The notes under the pieces were generated by a model that had not been told where the DNA came from, did not search any database, and was given only the letters and a program-made list of their open reading frames with translations. A DNA stretch of 64,000 nt. Origin: Sediminibacterium sp. GTDB lineage: Bacteria; Bacteroidota; Bacteroidia; Chitinophagales; Chitinophagaceae. Positions 54,239 to 62,865 of the stretch are shown here, piece by piece (positions within the stretch are counted from its first letter, which is position 1; each line of letters begins with the position of its first letter). Made by a program: the position numbers and the translations under genes. The DNA is taken from the NCBI GenBank assembly GCA_036758845.1, contig DAIOVU010000009.1, positions 10,166-74,165 of the forward strand, given 5' to 3'.

Positions 54239-55519
54239 ATGCGCGCCATCGTTGATTGTAACAGCTTCTACTGCTCCTGCGAGCGTTTGTTCAGGCCCCA
54301 TCTCCAGAACAAACCTGTTGTGGTATTGAGCAATAACGACGGTTGCATCATCTCGCGCAGCGATGAGGCCAAAGCCCACGGCGTAGAAATGGCCGGCCCT
54401 TATTTTAAGGCCAAACCATTAATTGAAAAATATGGCGTGGCCACATTCTCCTCCAACTACAATCTTTATGGCGACCTGAGCTGGCGCGTTATGGAAACCC
54501 TGCGCATGCTGCTGCCACCACATTCTGTAGAAGTATATTCTGTTGATGAATGTTTTCTTGATCTCGCACATATTGCACCACAAGACCTGCAATCTTTTTC
54601 TTTATATCTGCGCGAGATGGTGGAACAATGGACCGGCATCAAAGTATCCGTTGGCGTAGCGCCAACAAAAGTGCTGAGTAAAGTAGCCAATCGTTTATCC
54701 AAAAAAAATAAAGAAGTCACCAATTGCGTACTGGTGCTTGATACACCGCGAAAAACAGAACAGGCATTAAAGCGAACGCCGATAGAAGATGTATGGGGCA
54801 TAGGCTTCCAGTATGCTGATAAACTGCGCCGCATGAACATTAATACCGCGTACGATCTCAGCATTAAAGACATTCACTGGGCAGGCAAACATTTGGGCGG
54901 CGTAACCGGCATGCGCCTGCTGCGCGAGTTAAAAGGCATTGAAAGCATACAGATGCTGGATGAACTCGTTAACAAAAAAATGATTGCCACCACCCGCATG
55001 TTCGGCTCGCCTGTTACCGATCTGAAAGATATCAAAGAGGCAATAGCAACTTATACTTCACGCGCAGCAGAAAAATTAAGACGGCAGCATAGCGCGGCCA
55101 ATACCGTAAGCGTATTTGTAGTACCCAAAGAAGAATCACATACCGCACATTTCCGGCATGGTCCCACAGTGGGCAGTCATATCATATTACCGCTTGCCAC
55201 ATCATCCACCAACGAGCTCATTAAACCTGCAGTGGCGTTGGTAGATCGTTTGTATGAAAGCGGAAGGGTTTATAAAAAAGCCGGTGTAATGCTAAGCGGT
55301 ATTGTGCCCGACAGTTCTATACAGGGCAACCTTTTTACTCCACCCGGGAAAAACAAGCACCGCATGCTGATGAGTATGATCGATAATGTGAATTTTGCTA
55401 TGCGCGATGATATATTGAAGTTTGCATCCTCCGGCACCACCCGCAACTGGAAGATGCGCCAGGAACTCCGCAGCCCGCGCTACACCACGCGTTGGGAAGA
55501 ATTGTATGAGGTAAAATAA
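54239..55519 (+). CDS. umuC: Y-family DNA polymerase (UmuC / Pol V catalytic subunit-like)
   Basis: The likely start is MRAIVDCNSFYCSCERLF at 54239 (ATG at 54239..54241); the track ORF at 54119 reads through repeats. Motifs VVVLSNNDGCIISRS, YSVDECFLD and the little-finger domain. Confidence 0.9.
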   Translation: MRAIVDCNSFYCSCERLFRPHLQNKPVVVLSNNDGCIISRSDEAKAHGVEMAGPYFKAKPLIEKYGVATFSSNYNLYGDLSWRVMETLRMLLPPHSVEVYSVDECFLDLAHIAPQDLQSFSLYLREMVEQWTGIKVSVGVAPTKVLSKVANRLSKKNKEVTNCVLVLDTPRKTEQALKRTPIEDVWGIGFQYADKLRRMNINTAYDLSIKDIHWAGKHLGGVTGMRLLRELKGIESIQMLDELVNKKMIATTRMFGSPVTDLKDIKEAIATYTSRAAEKLRRQHSAANTVSVFVVPKEESHTAHFRHGPTVGSHIILPLATSSTNELIKPAVALVDRLYESGRVYKKAGVMLSGIVPDSSIQGNLFTPPGKNKHRMLMSMIDNVNFAMRDDILKFASSGTTRNWKMRQELRSPRYTTRWEELYEVK

Positions 55520-55531
55520 TCGCCCCCCTTA

Positions 55532-55572
55532 CCGCGCCTTTGCGCCCTGGCGAGAAAAAATAGGCGCGGTTT
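55532..55572 (+). terminator. terminator-like hairpin after umuC
   Basis: CCGCGCCT ... 22-nt loop ... AGGCGCGG followed by TTT. The loop is long, so confidence is moderate. Confidence 0.4.
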
Positions 55573-55634
55573 ATGAGCACTTAGAAAATCCGTCCCGGGC
55601 AACAATATTTCTAAAAAATGTACCTTGTATAGTA

Positions 55635-56657
55635 ATGAGGAATAAGATTGCCATACTGATAGCAGCTTGTATAATGCTGGTTGCGGGCTTAAGCTGCAAC
55701 AAGAACGGCGGCCAGTCCGGCAACACATATACAGGTACTAATGAAGCAAGCACATTCCTCTATTCACCCATCGAAGTTTCGAAGATCAGATTTTTATTGT
55801 CGCTGGGATGGATACAACCGGTGGGGCATACCATCCCTACCGACCATGTTTATTTCTGGTATACTAATCCAACCAATACCACTGTGCTGCCGGTGTATGC
55901 ACTAACATCAGGCAAAGTGGAAAAAATTCTGAATGTACCGGTACTGGGTATCAAAGAATGCAAAACATGGTTCCGTGTAAATGAGAAGTTCAGTTACTAC
56001 CTCGATCATATTGTACTTGATCCTTCGCTACAGGAAGGCAGTACTGTAAAAGCAGGACAACAGATCGGCACCACCGGTTATGGAAACAGTATCGACCTCG
56101 GTGCTATTGATGAAACCCTTACCCTGACGGGTTATGCCAACCCTGCACGTTATGTGGGTCAGTCGTTGTATTGCGGGAAACCTTTTCAATATTTTACACC
56201 CGCCCTTCAGGCACAACTATATCCATTGGTTGACAGGGAAGGCGTAGATAAAGATGGCCGGGTAGATATTGATATTCCGGGGAAACTGGTTGGCAACTGG
56301 TTTGTAGATGGTTCCACATTTTATACCGATGGCCCCAATGGCTGGGATAAGGAACTTTCGTTTGCATTCGATATACAACACCCATCTGTTGTGCTGGTAT
56401 CTATTGGCGGTACAATTGGCATGGTGGGTAAATGGACCATCGGAGCAGGTGCGCCATTACCATCGCAGGTAAGTGTGGCAAGTGGTAAAGTGGCCTATCG
56501 GTTATACAGTGCAGGTGGAATAACCGCAGACCCCAACCAAAGAGGATTAATGATTGTTCAGATGATGGACGACACACATATTAAAGTAGAAGTCTTCCCC
56601 GATTCAAAAGCCAGCGATGCGCCGTTTGATTCCGGGGCAAAAACGTATGCGAGGTAA
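55635..56657 (+). CDS. hypothetical lipoprotein
   Basis: 340 aa. Lipobox LVAGLSC. No family confidently recognised; weak resemblance of GQQIGTTGYGNSIDLG to peptidase M23-like loops is not enough for a call. Confidence 0.55.
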   Translation: MRNKIAILIAACIMLVAGLSCNKNGGQSGNTYTGTNEASTFLYSPIEVSKIRFLLSLGWIQPVGHTIPTDHVYFWYTNPTNTTVLPVYALTSGKVEKILNVPVLGIKECKTWFRVNEKFSYYLDHIVLDPSLQEGSTVKAGQQIGTTGYGNSIDLGAIDETLTLTGYANPARYVGQSLYCGKPFQYFTPALQAQLYPLVDREGVDKDGRVDIDIPGKLVGNWFVDGSTFYTDGPNGWDKELSFAFDIQHPSVVLVSIGGTIGMVGKWTIGAGAPLPSQVSVASGKVAYRLYSAGGITADPNQRGLMIVQMMDDTHIKVEVFPDSKASDAPFDSGAKTYAR

Positions 56658-56672
56658 AAATATTAATTGCCT

Positions 56673-57233
56673 TTACTGATTCACAGGAACAGGAAATTTC
56701 TCAAACAAAATTTTTATTCCATTCTGCGCAGCTTCCTGGATGTTTTTTTGTTTTTCCGGCACAATACCTCTTATCACGCCCTTCCATACCATTGTATTTT
56801 TTGCGGCATCTACCAGGTGTATGGCAACGGTTCCTTCTTTATAACGGCCTACTTCAACCTCCTCGCTCTTCCATGTATAATTACGCTGGCCAATATATCT
56901 TGGCGCTCCGTCTGTTTTCCAATCTGTCTGGCGTGTCTGTATTTCTTCTTTTACCCTGATGCCGATATTAACCAGCATATCCGGTTGATCGGTCTTTTGC
57001 GTATAACCTCTTTTAGATAGCTCTGCGCCGATAGCTTCTTTCAACAATTCAACACGGGCATTAAAAATGTTTATGTTACCGCTTGTATCTCCCGAAGCCC
57101 TCACCTTGTAAAAATCAAATGTTTTGTATTTGGTCAGATCAACATTCGCACCTGTTTCTGTATTCAAAACCCTTACTCCTCCTGAACAGGCACTGAGTGC
57201 TGTTACCAAGAAGACCACGATATACTTTTTCAT
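56673..57233 (-). CDS. DUF4136 domain-containing lipoprotein
   Basis: 186 aa. Lipobox LSACSG. Size and pattern (FDFYK...; MLVNIGIRVKEE; GTVAIHLVDAAKNTMVWKG) are typical of DUF4136. Confidence 0.65.
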   Translation of the reverse strand: MKKYIVVFLVTALSACSGGVRVLNTETGANVDLTKYKTFDFYKVRASGDTSGNINIFNARVELLKEAIGAELSKRGYTQKTDQPDMLVNIGIRVKEEIQTRQTDWKTDGAPRYIGQRNYTWKSEEVEVGRYKEGTVAIHLVDAAKNTMVWKGVIRGIVPEKQKNIQEAAQNGIKILFEKFPVPVNQ

Positions 57234-57264
57234 ATTGAGCTATTTGAAAACAAAATTAGATCAC

Positions 57265-58167
57265 CTAAAACAAACCGGGCTGAACAAATGTGGGTTTAAC
57301 AATATTTAATCCACAGGCGGTATTTAACTTATCAACCATGTAAACCGTCAGCTCGGGAGAATAAGCTTCATCGTGCATGTGCATGAAAAAATACAATTCC
57401 TGCAAACCATTATCTAACCAGTATTTCATGCGGTTGATCCAATCATCCACTCTTGTATAATCAGTAGGATGCAAACTGTTACCAACATACCTGATAAATG
57501 CTTTAGGCACAGTAAGATGCATGTGTGCACAATCTCTTCGCCCGCTTGTGTCTGTGATCACAATACCCATATTAACAGACCGGAGAAAATCAAACAACTC
57601 AGTTCGTATCTCTTCCTTACCAAACCAATCCGGGTGACGTACTTCTAAAAAAAATGGCAGATCAGTTGGTAGCGAGCGCAGAAAACTAAACAGTTCTTCT
57701 TTTCGTTTTGGAGTGAACGTATCACTTACCTGTACGAATACCGGGCCTAAGTGCTTTTCAAATGCAAGTATTCCGCGCAAAAATTCAGAAACGGCAAAAT
57801 CCTTGTTCAGCAGGCTGCCACGGTGTGTAACGCCCTGGTACATTTTGGGACAGAACATAAAATCTCTGTTACCAGCTTTAGCCGCCCATTTGGCAATACC
57901 TGTGGCACCATATAATTTGTAATGCGTGGCGTTTAACTCAATACTATTGTAATGCTTCACATAATGGTCGAGAAAATCTTTTTCTTTTGTTTTGGGTGGA
58001 TAGATCTTTCCTACCCATTCTGTACGCCCCCACTTGGCACAGCCCAGCCATACTTTTGGATTTGTTGCCCTGATGCCGGGCAATACCTGTTTATTAAAAG
58101 CCGGCTCGCCGGGCAAAGTAAAGTTGATGCTGTTTAATTCTGATTCCGGCACACGACCAAATTCCAT
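57265..58167 (-). CDS. DUF72 domain-containing protein
   Basis: 300 aa. LGCAKWGRTEWVGKIYPPKTKEKDFLDHYVKHYNSIELNATHYKLY is the DUF72 N-terminal signature. Confidence 0.85.
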   Translation of the reverse strand: MEFGRVPESELNSINFTLPGEPAFNKQVLPGIRATNPKVWLGCAKWGRTEWVGKIYPPKTKEKDFLDHYVKHYNSIELNATHYKLYGATGIAKWAAKAGNRDFMFCPKMYQGVTHRGSLLNKDFAVSEFLRGILAFEKHLGPVFVQVSDTFTPKRKEELFSFLRSLPTDLPFFLEVRHPDWFGKEEIRTELFDFLRSVNMGIVITDTSGRRDCAHMHLTVPKAFIRYVGNSLHPTDYTRVDDWINRMKYWLDNGLQELYFFMHMHDEAYSPELTVYMVDKLNTACGLNIVKPTFVQPGLF

Positions 58168-58228
58168 ATCCTTGATTTTTAGGAGATATTAAAGTTACAG
58201 TGTAAGCTTCCCCTAAGTTCGCCCAATT

Positions 58229-59077
58229 TTATTTTGTCTTTTGCAGTTCTTTTAACTTGTTCGTCAATTTTTCCTTTTCGTTGCTTTCATTTGTCCTAAA
58301 ACGCAGGATAGGGAAATTATATTTGTCCATTATTTTGTCTTTCATTTTATCTCTTTCCGCTTGCTGTGTTCCCTGTTTGTGAAATTCAAAGCCGTCAACT
58401 TCTATTCCGAGAATAGGAACTTTAGAAAGTTTGTTGTAAATCAAAAAGTCTAAATGTGTCAATGGATTTGATGCGTATTTTGCTTCTTGCTCGTCTATCT
58501 TAGAAAAATCTTTAATAAGCCGTTTAATTGGGAAATGCAGAAGAACGCCATATTTCAAAAATATTTCGTCTGCTAAAACTTGTTTGATTAGGCCAAACAT
58601 TAAATTTTCGCTGTCAAACTCTGACACTTTACCTGATTTGCGAATACTTTTTGCTCGTTCTTCTTCGTAACCTTGATACAACAAATCAAAAATTGAATTT
58701 AATTCACTTTGAACAATCGAAAAGTTGTTATACTCAATATACTTTATCAAGTCAGAGATATTGTTGTCTCTTTCATTTTCATTTCCATCTACAACTAATA
58801 TCAGTTGTTCAACTGCTCTGGAAACTGCAACATTTAACCGATTAGGATTGTCTGTGAAATCAGAAATTTCGTTGTCAACAGTTGAAAGTATGATAACTTC
58901 ATTTTCTCTGCCTTGAAATTTGTCAACAGTATCCGCTTTTATTGAAGTTCCTTGAAATGCTCTTTGCAATGCATTTGTCTGATTACGATATGGCGTAACA
59001 ATACCCAAATCTACATTTTCAAGTTTTTCTTTCGGGATAATTTCCTGTTTTATAATGTCTATTTGTCGTTGATTCAT
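58229..59077 (-). CDS. C-terminal fragment of a split SF1 helicase gene: helicase motifs V-VI plus DUF2726 nuclease-like domain
   Basis: 282 aa. VTPYRNQ, TVDKFQGRENEVIILSTV (motif V), LNVAVSRA (motif VI). Then HLDFLIYNK...ILGIEVDGFEFH...ERDKMKDKIMDKYNFPILRF (DUF2726, PD-(D/E)xK-like). In frame with the upstream ORF across a single TAG. Confidence 0.8.
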   Translation of the reverse strand: MNQRQIDIIKQEIIPKEKLENVDLGIVTPYRNQTNALQRAFQGTSIKADTVDKFQGRENEVIILSTVDNEISDFTDNPNRLNVAVSRAVEQLILVVDGNENERDNNISDLIKYIEYNNFSIVQSELNSIFDLLYQGYEEERAKSIRKSGKVSEFDSENLMFGLIKQVLADEIFLKYGVLLHFPIKRLIKDFSKIDEQEAKYASNPLTHLDFLIYNKLSKVPILGIEVDGFEFHKQGTQQAERDKMKDKIMDKYNFPILRFRTNESNEKEKLTNKLKELQKTK

Positions 59078-59080
59078 TCG

Positions 59081-60781
59081 CTATCTTGCGTGATTGCCTG
59101 GTGATGTTTTGTAAACAACAAGAGGTTGGCGTTTGTCTGTATATTCTGTATGAATAATAAGTTGATTGTCATAAAATTTCTTGTTGCAAAATTCTATGAT
59201 TTTCGGGTGGCAACGATAATGTTCTCTCAAAAGTGTCTTTGGAACATTTGGAAGCAATTCAACAACAGAAGATAGCAAACTGTGATCTGAGTAACGATAA
59301 GGTTTTTTCAGGCTGTAAGAATTATAAACTATATCAGTTTTTATTTGCATATCTGCGCCAACCACATTTGGTAATTGTTTAATGTCGCCAACAATTACCG
59401 CTCGTTTTGCACAGGACAAAGCAAGTGCACCCGTTGCCAAATCAACTTGTGAAGATTCGTCAATAATTACATAGTCATAGAAAAATTTGTCGGACAAGCT
59501 CTGTCTTAATGAGTAAGTCGTACTCATAATGACAGGATAATCTTTGATAAATTCGTTTGATTTCTGACGAAGCTCTGAAATTGTATATGGTTCTCGCTTT
59601 TGCTGATTGTATCGTTTACACAATTCTGCTTTGAGAAGTTGCATTGACATCTCTGTGTATTCCTTCATTTTGTTGGCAAATGCAAAATTTTCCAAAGAAA
59701 GTTCCAAGAAATTAATTCTCTTTGTCAGTTCACTAATTTTGGTTGAATAATAATTTAATTGGCAAATGAAAATCATTTCGTCAAGTGAATTTGTGTAAAA
59801 TGATTCATTCTTAATCCCGTATTTCAGTCGGTAAATAAATTTTCTGATGAAGCCGATTTTTTTTTGTCTTTTCCCAAGTGCTTCAAGTGAAAGCCATAAT
59901 TCAAGTATTTTTTGAGCTGTGATACTTTTTTTTAGTTCTACGTTTTTTCCTGTTTGACCTTTATATGCTTCTTTGAAATGTTCATATTCTGTTTTGATAT
60001 TGTCAATTTGCAGTTTCAGCGATGCTATCTCATTTTTCTTGTCAAGGTTTTCAGAAAGTTGAGTAATCAGCATTGCTGTTTTGTCTTTCAAATCTACTTT
60101 TTCGGTATCAGATAAATTGAACTGTGATAAATCGGGAATTTCCTTTTGCGAATCGATGAACTCTTTTTTGTTTTGAGAATTTCCAAGAAGTGCAGCTACA
60201 AATTCAATACCATTCTTTTCAAGTTTTTCATAAACATTTTTTGTTACAGAATTATTGCTTGAAACAACAGCAACACTTTGTCTATTTAAAACAGCATTAG
60301 CAATAATGTTCAGTATGGTTTGTGTTTTGCCTGTTCCTGGTGGGCCTTCAATTACGCTTAAATTGTTAGCAAATGCGGTGTTAACCGCATTTCTCTGACT
60401 TAAATTAAAACCAAACGGGAAAAAATCAGGATTTGCAGAATTACTATTTCCTGTAGATAAAAAGCCGTTTAAAAAACTTGCAAGAATACAGTCTTCAGGA
60501 ATTTCAGAAATGCTGTCGTAACTTCTTGCAAGTATATTGTCGCCTTCTTCTGTTTTTAGTCCAACTGTGTCGGCAATTTCTTTTAAGTAATTGAAAACGT
60601 TAAATGCTTTGTCTCCACTTACTGCTGTCCTTACAATTTTTGCCCTGTTTTTACTGTAAGAAAATTCTTTGTAGCTGTTTTTGAAAACAACAACGCACCT
60701 GTCGCCTTTATGCGAATATTTTTCAATTCTATCGGTTACGTCTTGTTCGTCAATGTATATCAGTTCTCTTTTAAGCGGCAT
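59081..60781 (-). CDS. N-terminal fragment of a split Upf1/DNA2-like SF1 helicase (AAA_11/AAA_12 type)
   Basis: 566 aa. Unassigned ~130-aa N-domain. Walker A GPPGTGKT. ~250-aa coiled-coil insertion. Motif II VIIDESSQ, motif III VGDIKQLP, motif IV LREHYRCHPKIIEF. Ends at TAG (59081..59083) before motifs V/VI. Confidence 0.85.
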   Translation of the reverse strand: MPLKRELIYIDEQDVTDRIEKYSHKGDRCVVVFKNSYKEFSYSKNRAKIVRTAVSGDKAFNVFNYLKEIADTVGLKTEEGDNILARSYDSISEIPEDCILASFLNGFLSTGNSNSANPDFFPFGFNLSQRNAVNTAFANNLSVIEGPPGTGKTQTILNIIANAVLNRQSVAVVSSNNSVTKNVYEKLEKNGIEFVAALLGNSQNKKEFIDSQKEIPDLSQFNLSDTEKVDLKDKTAMLITQLSENLDKKNEIASLKLQIDNIKTEYEHFKEAYKGQTGKNVELKKSITAQKILELWLSLEALGKRQKKIGFIRKFIYRLKYGIKNESFYTNSLDEMIFICQLNYYSTKISELTKRINFLELSLENFAFANKMKEYTEMSMQLLKAELCKRYNQQKREPYTISELRQKSNEFIKDYPVIMSTTYSLRQSLSDKFFYDYVIIDESSQVDLATGALALSCAKRAVIVGDIKQLPNVVGADMQIKTDIVYNSYSLKKPYRYSDHSLLSSVVELLPNVPKTLLREHYRCHPKIIEFCNKKFYDNQLIIHTEYTDKRQPLVVYKTSPGNHAR

Positions 60782-61069
60782 TGTCCGAGAATATTATTTG
60801 CTGATTTCTTTTTGATGTGAAGTCGCCTATGGGTAATCGCTAACGTTCGAGGCTTGCCGCAGGGCTGGAATTCATTGCTCGTCCAGCCCGGAACCGCTGC
60901 TGAATAAAGATATAAAAGTACAGGTTAACAAACAAAAGCTCAGCTATGTTTGTCCAACCCAGATGAAGCACAACAGCGATAAAATGACCATTGCTCCAAT
61001 GTCCTGCCAGCCTTGCAGCAAACCCAATGTTATGCGTTCGCCCTTTCTTCTGTCCACCGTTATTAAGCA

Positions 61070-61103
61070 CAAAAGTACAACCTATTTTTCGGTTGTACTT
61101 TTG
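61070..61103 (-). terminator. terminator hairpin after the MmcQ/YjbR gene
   Basis: CAAAAGTACAACC-TATTTTTC-GGTTGTACTTTTG, a perfect 13-bp stem 20 nt beyond the stop at 61124. Confidence 0.65.
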
Positions 61104-61123
61104 TCAATACAAAAAATTGTGTC

Positions 61124-61480
61124 TTATAAACTGTACTTCCCCTTTATACTCTTAGAGAATTTTGAAACAACCAAATTGTAAGAGTTATCTACCCATTCAA
61201 ATATTTTTTTGTCAGGTACAGAACCGTCTATTGATACCGAAATCCAATGTTTTTCGTCAAAGTAAGCCGGTTTTCCAACTGCACTATATTCAGCTTTAAG
61301 TTCATCAATTAAATCCGGGTCGCATTTTAAGGCTATGGTGTCAAAAGTTGAAATGTAAGTTACTGTAAACATTTTATCTGCCACTTTAAACACTAAAGCA
61401 TCAGGCAGTTTTGAGAAAGGAAAACTTTCGCTTACACATTTTTTACTTACACAGTAATCTCTAAATATTTCAATATTCAT
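61124..61480 (-). CDS. MmcQ/YjbR family DNA-binding protein
   Basis: The likely start is MNIEIFRDYC at 61480 (track 61522). Pattern FRDYC...K..V.ESFPF....LVFKV..KMF........IALKCDP....L is typical of YjbR. Confidence 0.75.
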   Translation of the reverse strand: MNIEIFRDYCVSKKCVSESFPFSKLPDALVFKVADKMFTVTYISTFDTIALKCDPDLIDELKAEYSAVGKPAYFDEKHWISVSIDGSVPDKKIFEWVDNSYNLVVSKFSKSIKGKYSL

Positions 61481-61502
61481 ATTGCAAATTGATTTATAAC
61501 AC

Positions 61503-61535
61503 AAAAGTACAACCCATTTCAAAGGCTGTACTTTT
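61503..61535 (-). terminator. terminator hairpin after the SRPBCC gene
   Basis: AAAAGTACAACC-CATTTCAAA-GGCTGTACTTTT. The arms are nearly identical to the hairpin at 61070. Confidence 0.55.
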
Positions 61536-61560
61536 ATTGTGTTTAAGGTTACACATTTTT

Positions 61561-62190
61561 TTAAATTTCTGGATAAAGCGTATCAAATTTCGCAGGGTCA
61601 GCCTTTTTTTCTCCTGTTTCTAAATAATGCTTGTAATTAAGCACAGTGTTTCTTACTGCTTTCAGTTTTTTCATTTTTCTTTCTATCATTCCACCCATAA
61701 GTGCAGGCTTTCCTCTAAATATAAATGTGTTTCCTAAATATGTTTTGCCGTCATCCCCAACTCTTACTACCCAGGTATTATAAACTTTGGCAGGAAACCC
61801 TTTTGATTCGTAAACATCATAAGTATATTCTTTTCTTTTGGCACCATCTTTAAAGTCGGTTATTCTTTCTTTAATTTCAACAGTTTTGCCCGCAAAGTTT
61901 ATTTTGCAATATCTTGCTGCTCCTAATCCTTCTTTGGTGTCGCCGCTTTCACAATATGAATCGTCCACTGATTTTGCAATTTTGCCGATATTTACAAAAT
62001 TACCTGACACTTCAGCCCAAACTTCTTCTGGTGTCTTGTTTACTTCGTATTCATAATACATTACTCTGAATTTTTTGCCATCAATCATTTTTGTTCTGGC
62101 ATATCCACCATTAATGGAGTTTAAGTTTTGTGCATTTGTTGTTGCCATCATTATAAAAGTTATAATTGTTATTAATGCTTTTCGTATCAT
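61561..62190 (-). CDS. SRPBCC (START/Bet v1-like) family protein, secreted
   Basis: 209 aa. Signal peptide (…TTNAQ/N). Beta-rich core with a long C-terminal helix (PEEVWAEVSGNF...; ...MIERKMKKLKAVRNTVLNYKHYLE). Family call by overall pattern only. Confidence 0.6.
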   Translation of the reverse strand: MIRKALITIITFIMMATTNAQNLNSINGGYARTKMIDGKKFRVMYYEYEVNKTPEEVWAEVSGNFVNIGKIAKSVDDSYCESGDTKEGLGAARYCKINFAGKTVEIKERITDFKDGAKRKEYTYDVYESKGFPAKVYNTWVVRVGDDGKTYLGNTFIFRGKPALMGGMIERKMKKLKAVRNTVLNYKHYLETGEKKADPAKFDTLYPEI

Positions 62191-62216
62191 TTTTACTGCT
62201 TTAAATCTTTACTTGA

Positions 62217-62774
62217 TTAATTATTTTTCTTCCAAGTTTTACTTGCAAAAGGACCATCAACTACTGGATTTGCCAAGTTGTTAGCATAGTTAGCTATTAT
62301 TTTAGCACCTATTCCTGCAATGATGCCTAAAATGTGAACTTCTGTATAACCTGCTGAAATAAAATCGTCAATTTCTTGTTGCGAAACTTTTCCACGATTT
62401 GCAGTTAAGGAACGAGTAAGATTTGCTAATGTGTTGAGTTTTGCATCAGTAATTTGTTGTCCGTTGCGAATTGCTTCAATTATTTCTGTTGGGATTTTTG
62501 CCATCATTTCGCCAACAAAACTGTGAGCTGCCATACAATATTCGCAGCCGTTTTCATAAGAAACAACCAAACTAATGATTTGACTTTCTGCCGGTGTGAA
62601 ACCTGCATTGGCTTTAAAGCTGTCGTATGAATGAATGTAAGCGTCAAGTAACGCTGTGTTGTTTGCCATTTTTACATACATGTTTGGTAAAAATGGATTT
62701 GTTTGTTTTACTTTTTCAAGTATTTCAGTTGATAGTGGAGAAATTGTAATATTCTCTAATTTTAATTTTGCCAT
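62217..62774 (-). CDS. carboxymuconolactone decarboxylase family protein (AhpD-like)
   Basis: 185 aa. CxxC-containing motif NGCEYCMAAH typical of AhpD/CMD-fold proteins. Confidence 0.85.
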   Translation of the reverse strand: MAKLKLENITISPLSTEILEKVKQTNPFLPNMYVKMANNTALLDAYIHSYDSFKANAGFTPAESQIISLVVSYENGCEYCMAAHSFVGEMMAKIPTEIIEAIRNGQQITDAKLNTLANLTRSLTANRGKVSQQEIDDFISAGYTEVHILGIIAGIGAKIIANYANNLANPVVDGPFASKTWKKNN

Positions 62775-62865
62775 TTTGTATCTTTTTTATTGTTTGATTT
62801 AACAATGTAAAGATGGCAACAGTAAAATAGTTGGAGTTGTCGTTTTAGCCCTAAATCTTATCCAT

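Noticed and set aside
60840-61070. 76-aa minus-strand ORF in the GC-normal spacer of the AT-rich island
   Set aside because: It has no start context or motif. It looks like a possible remnant of a membrane-protein gene tail, or simply non-coding spacer. It is mentioned under the island finding but not called as a gene.
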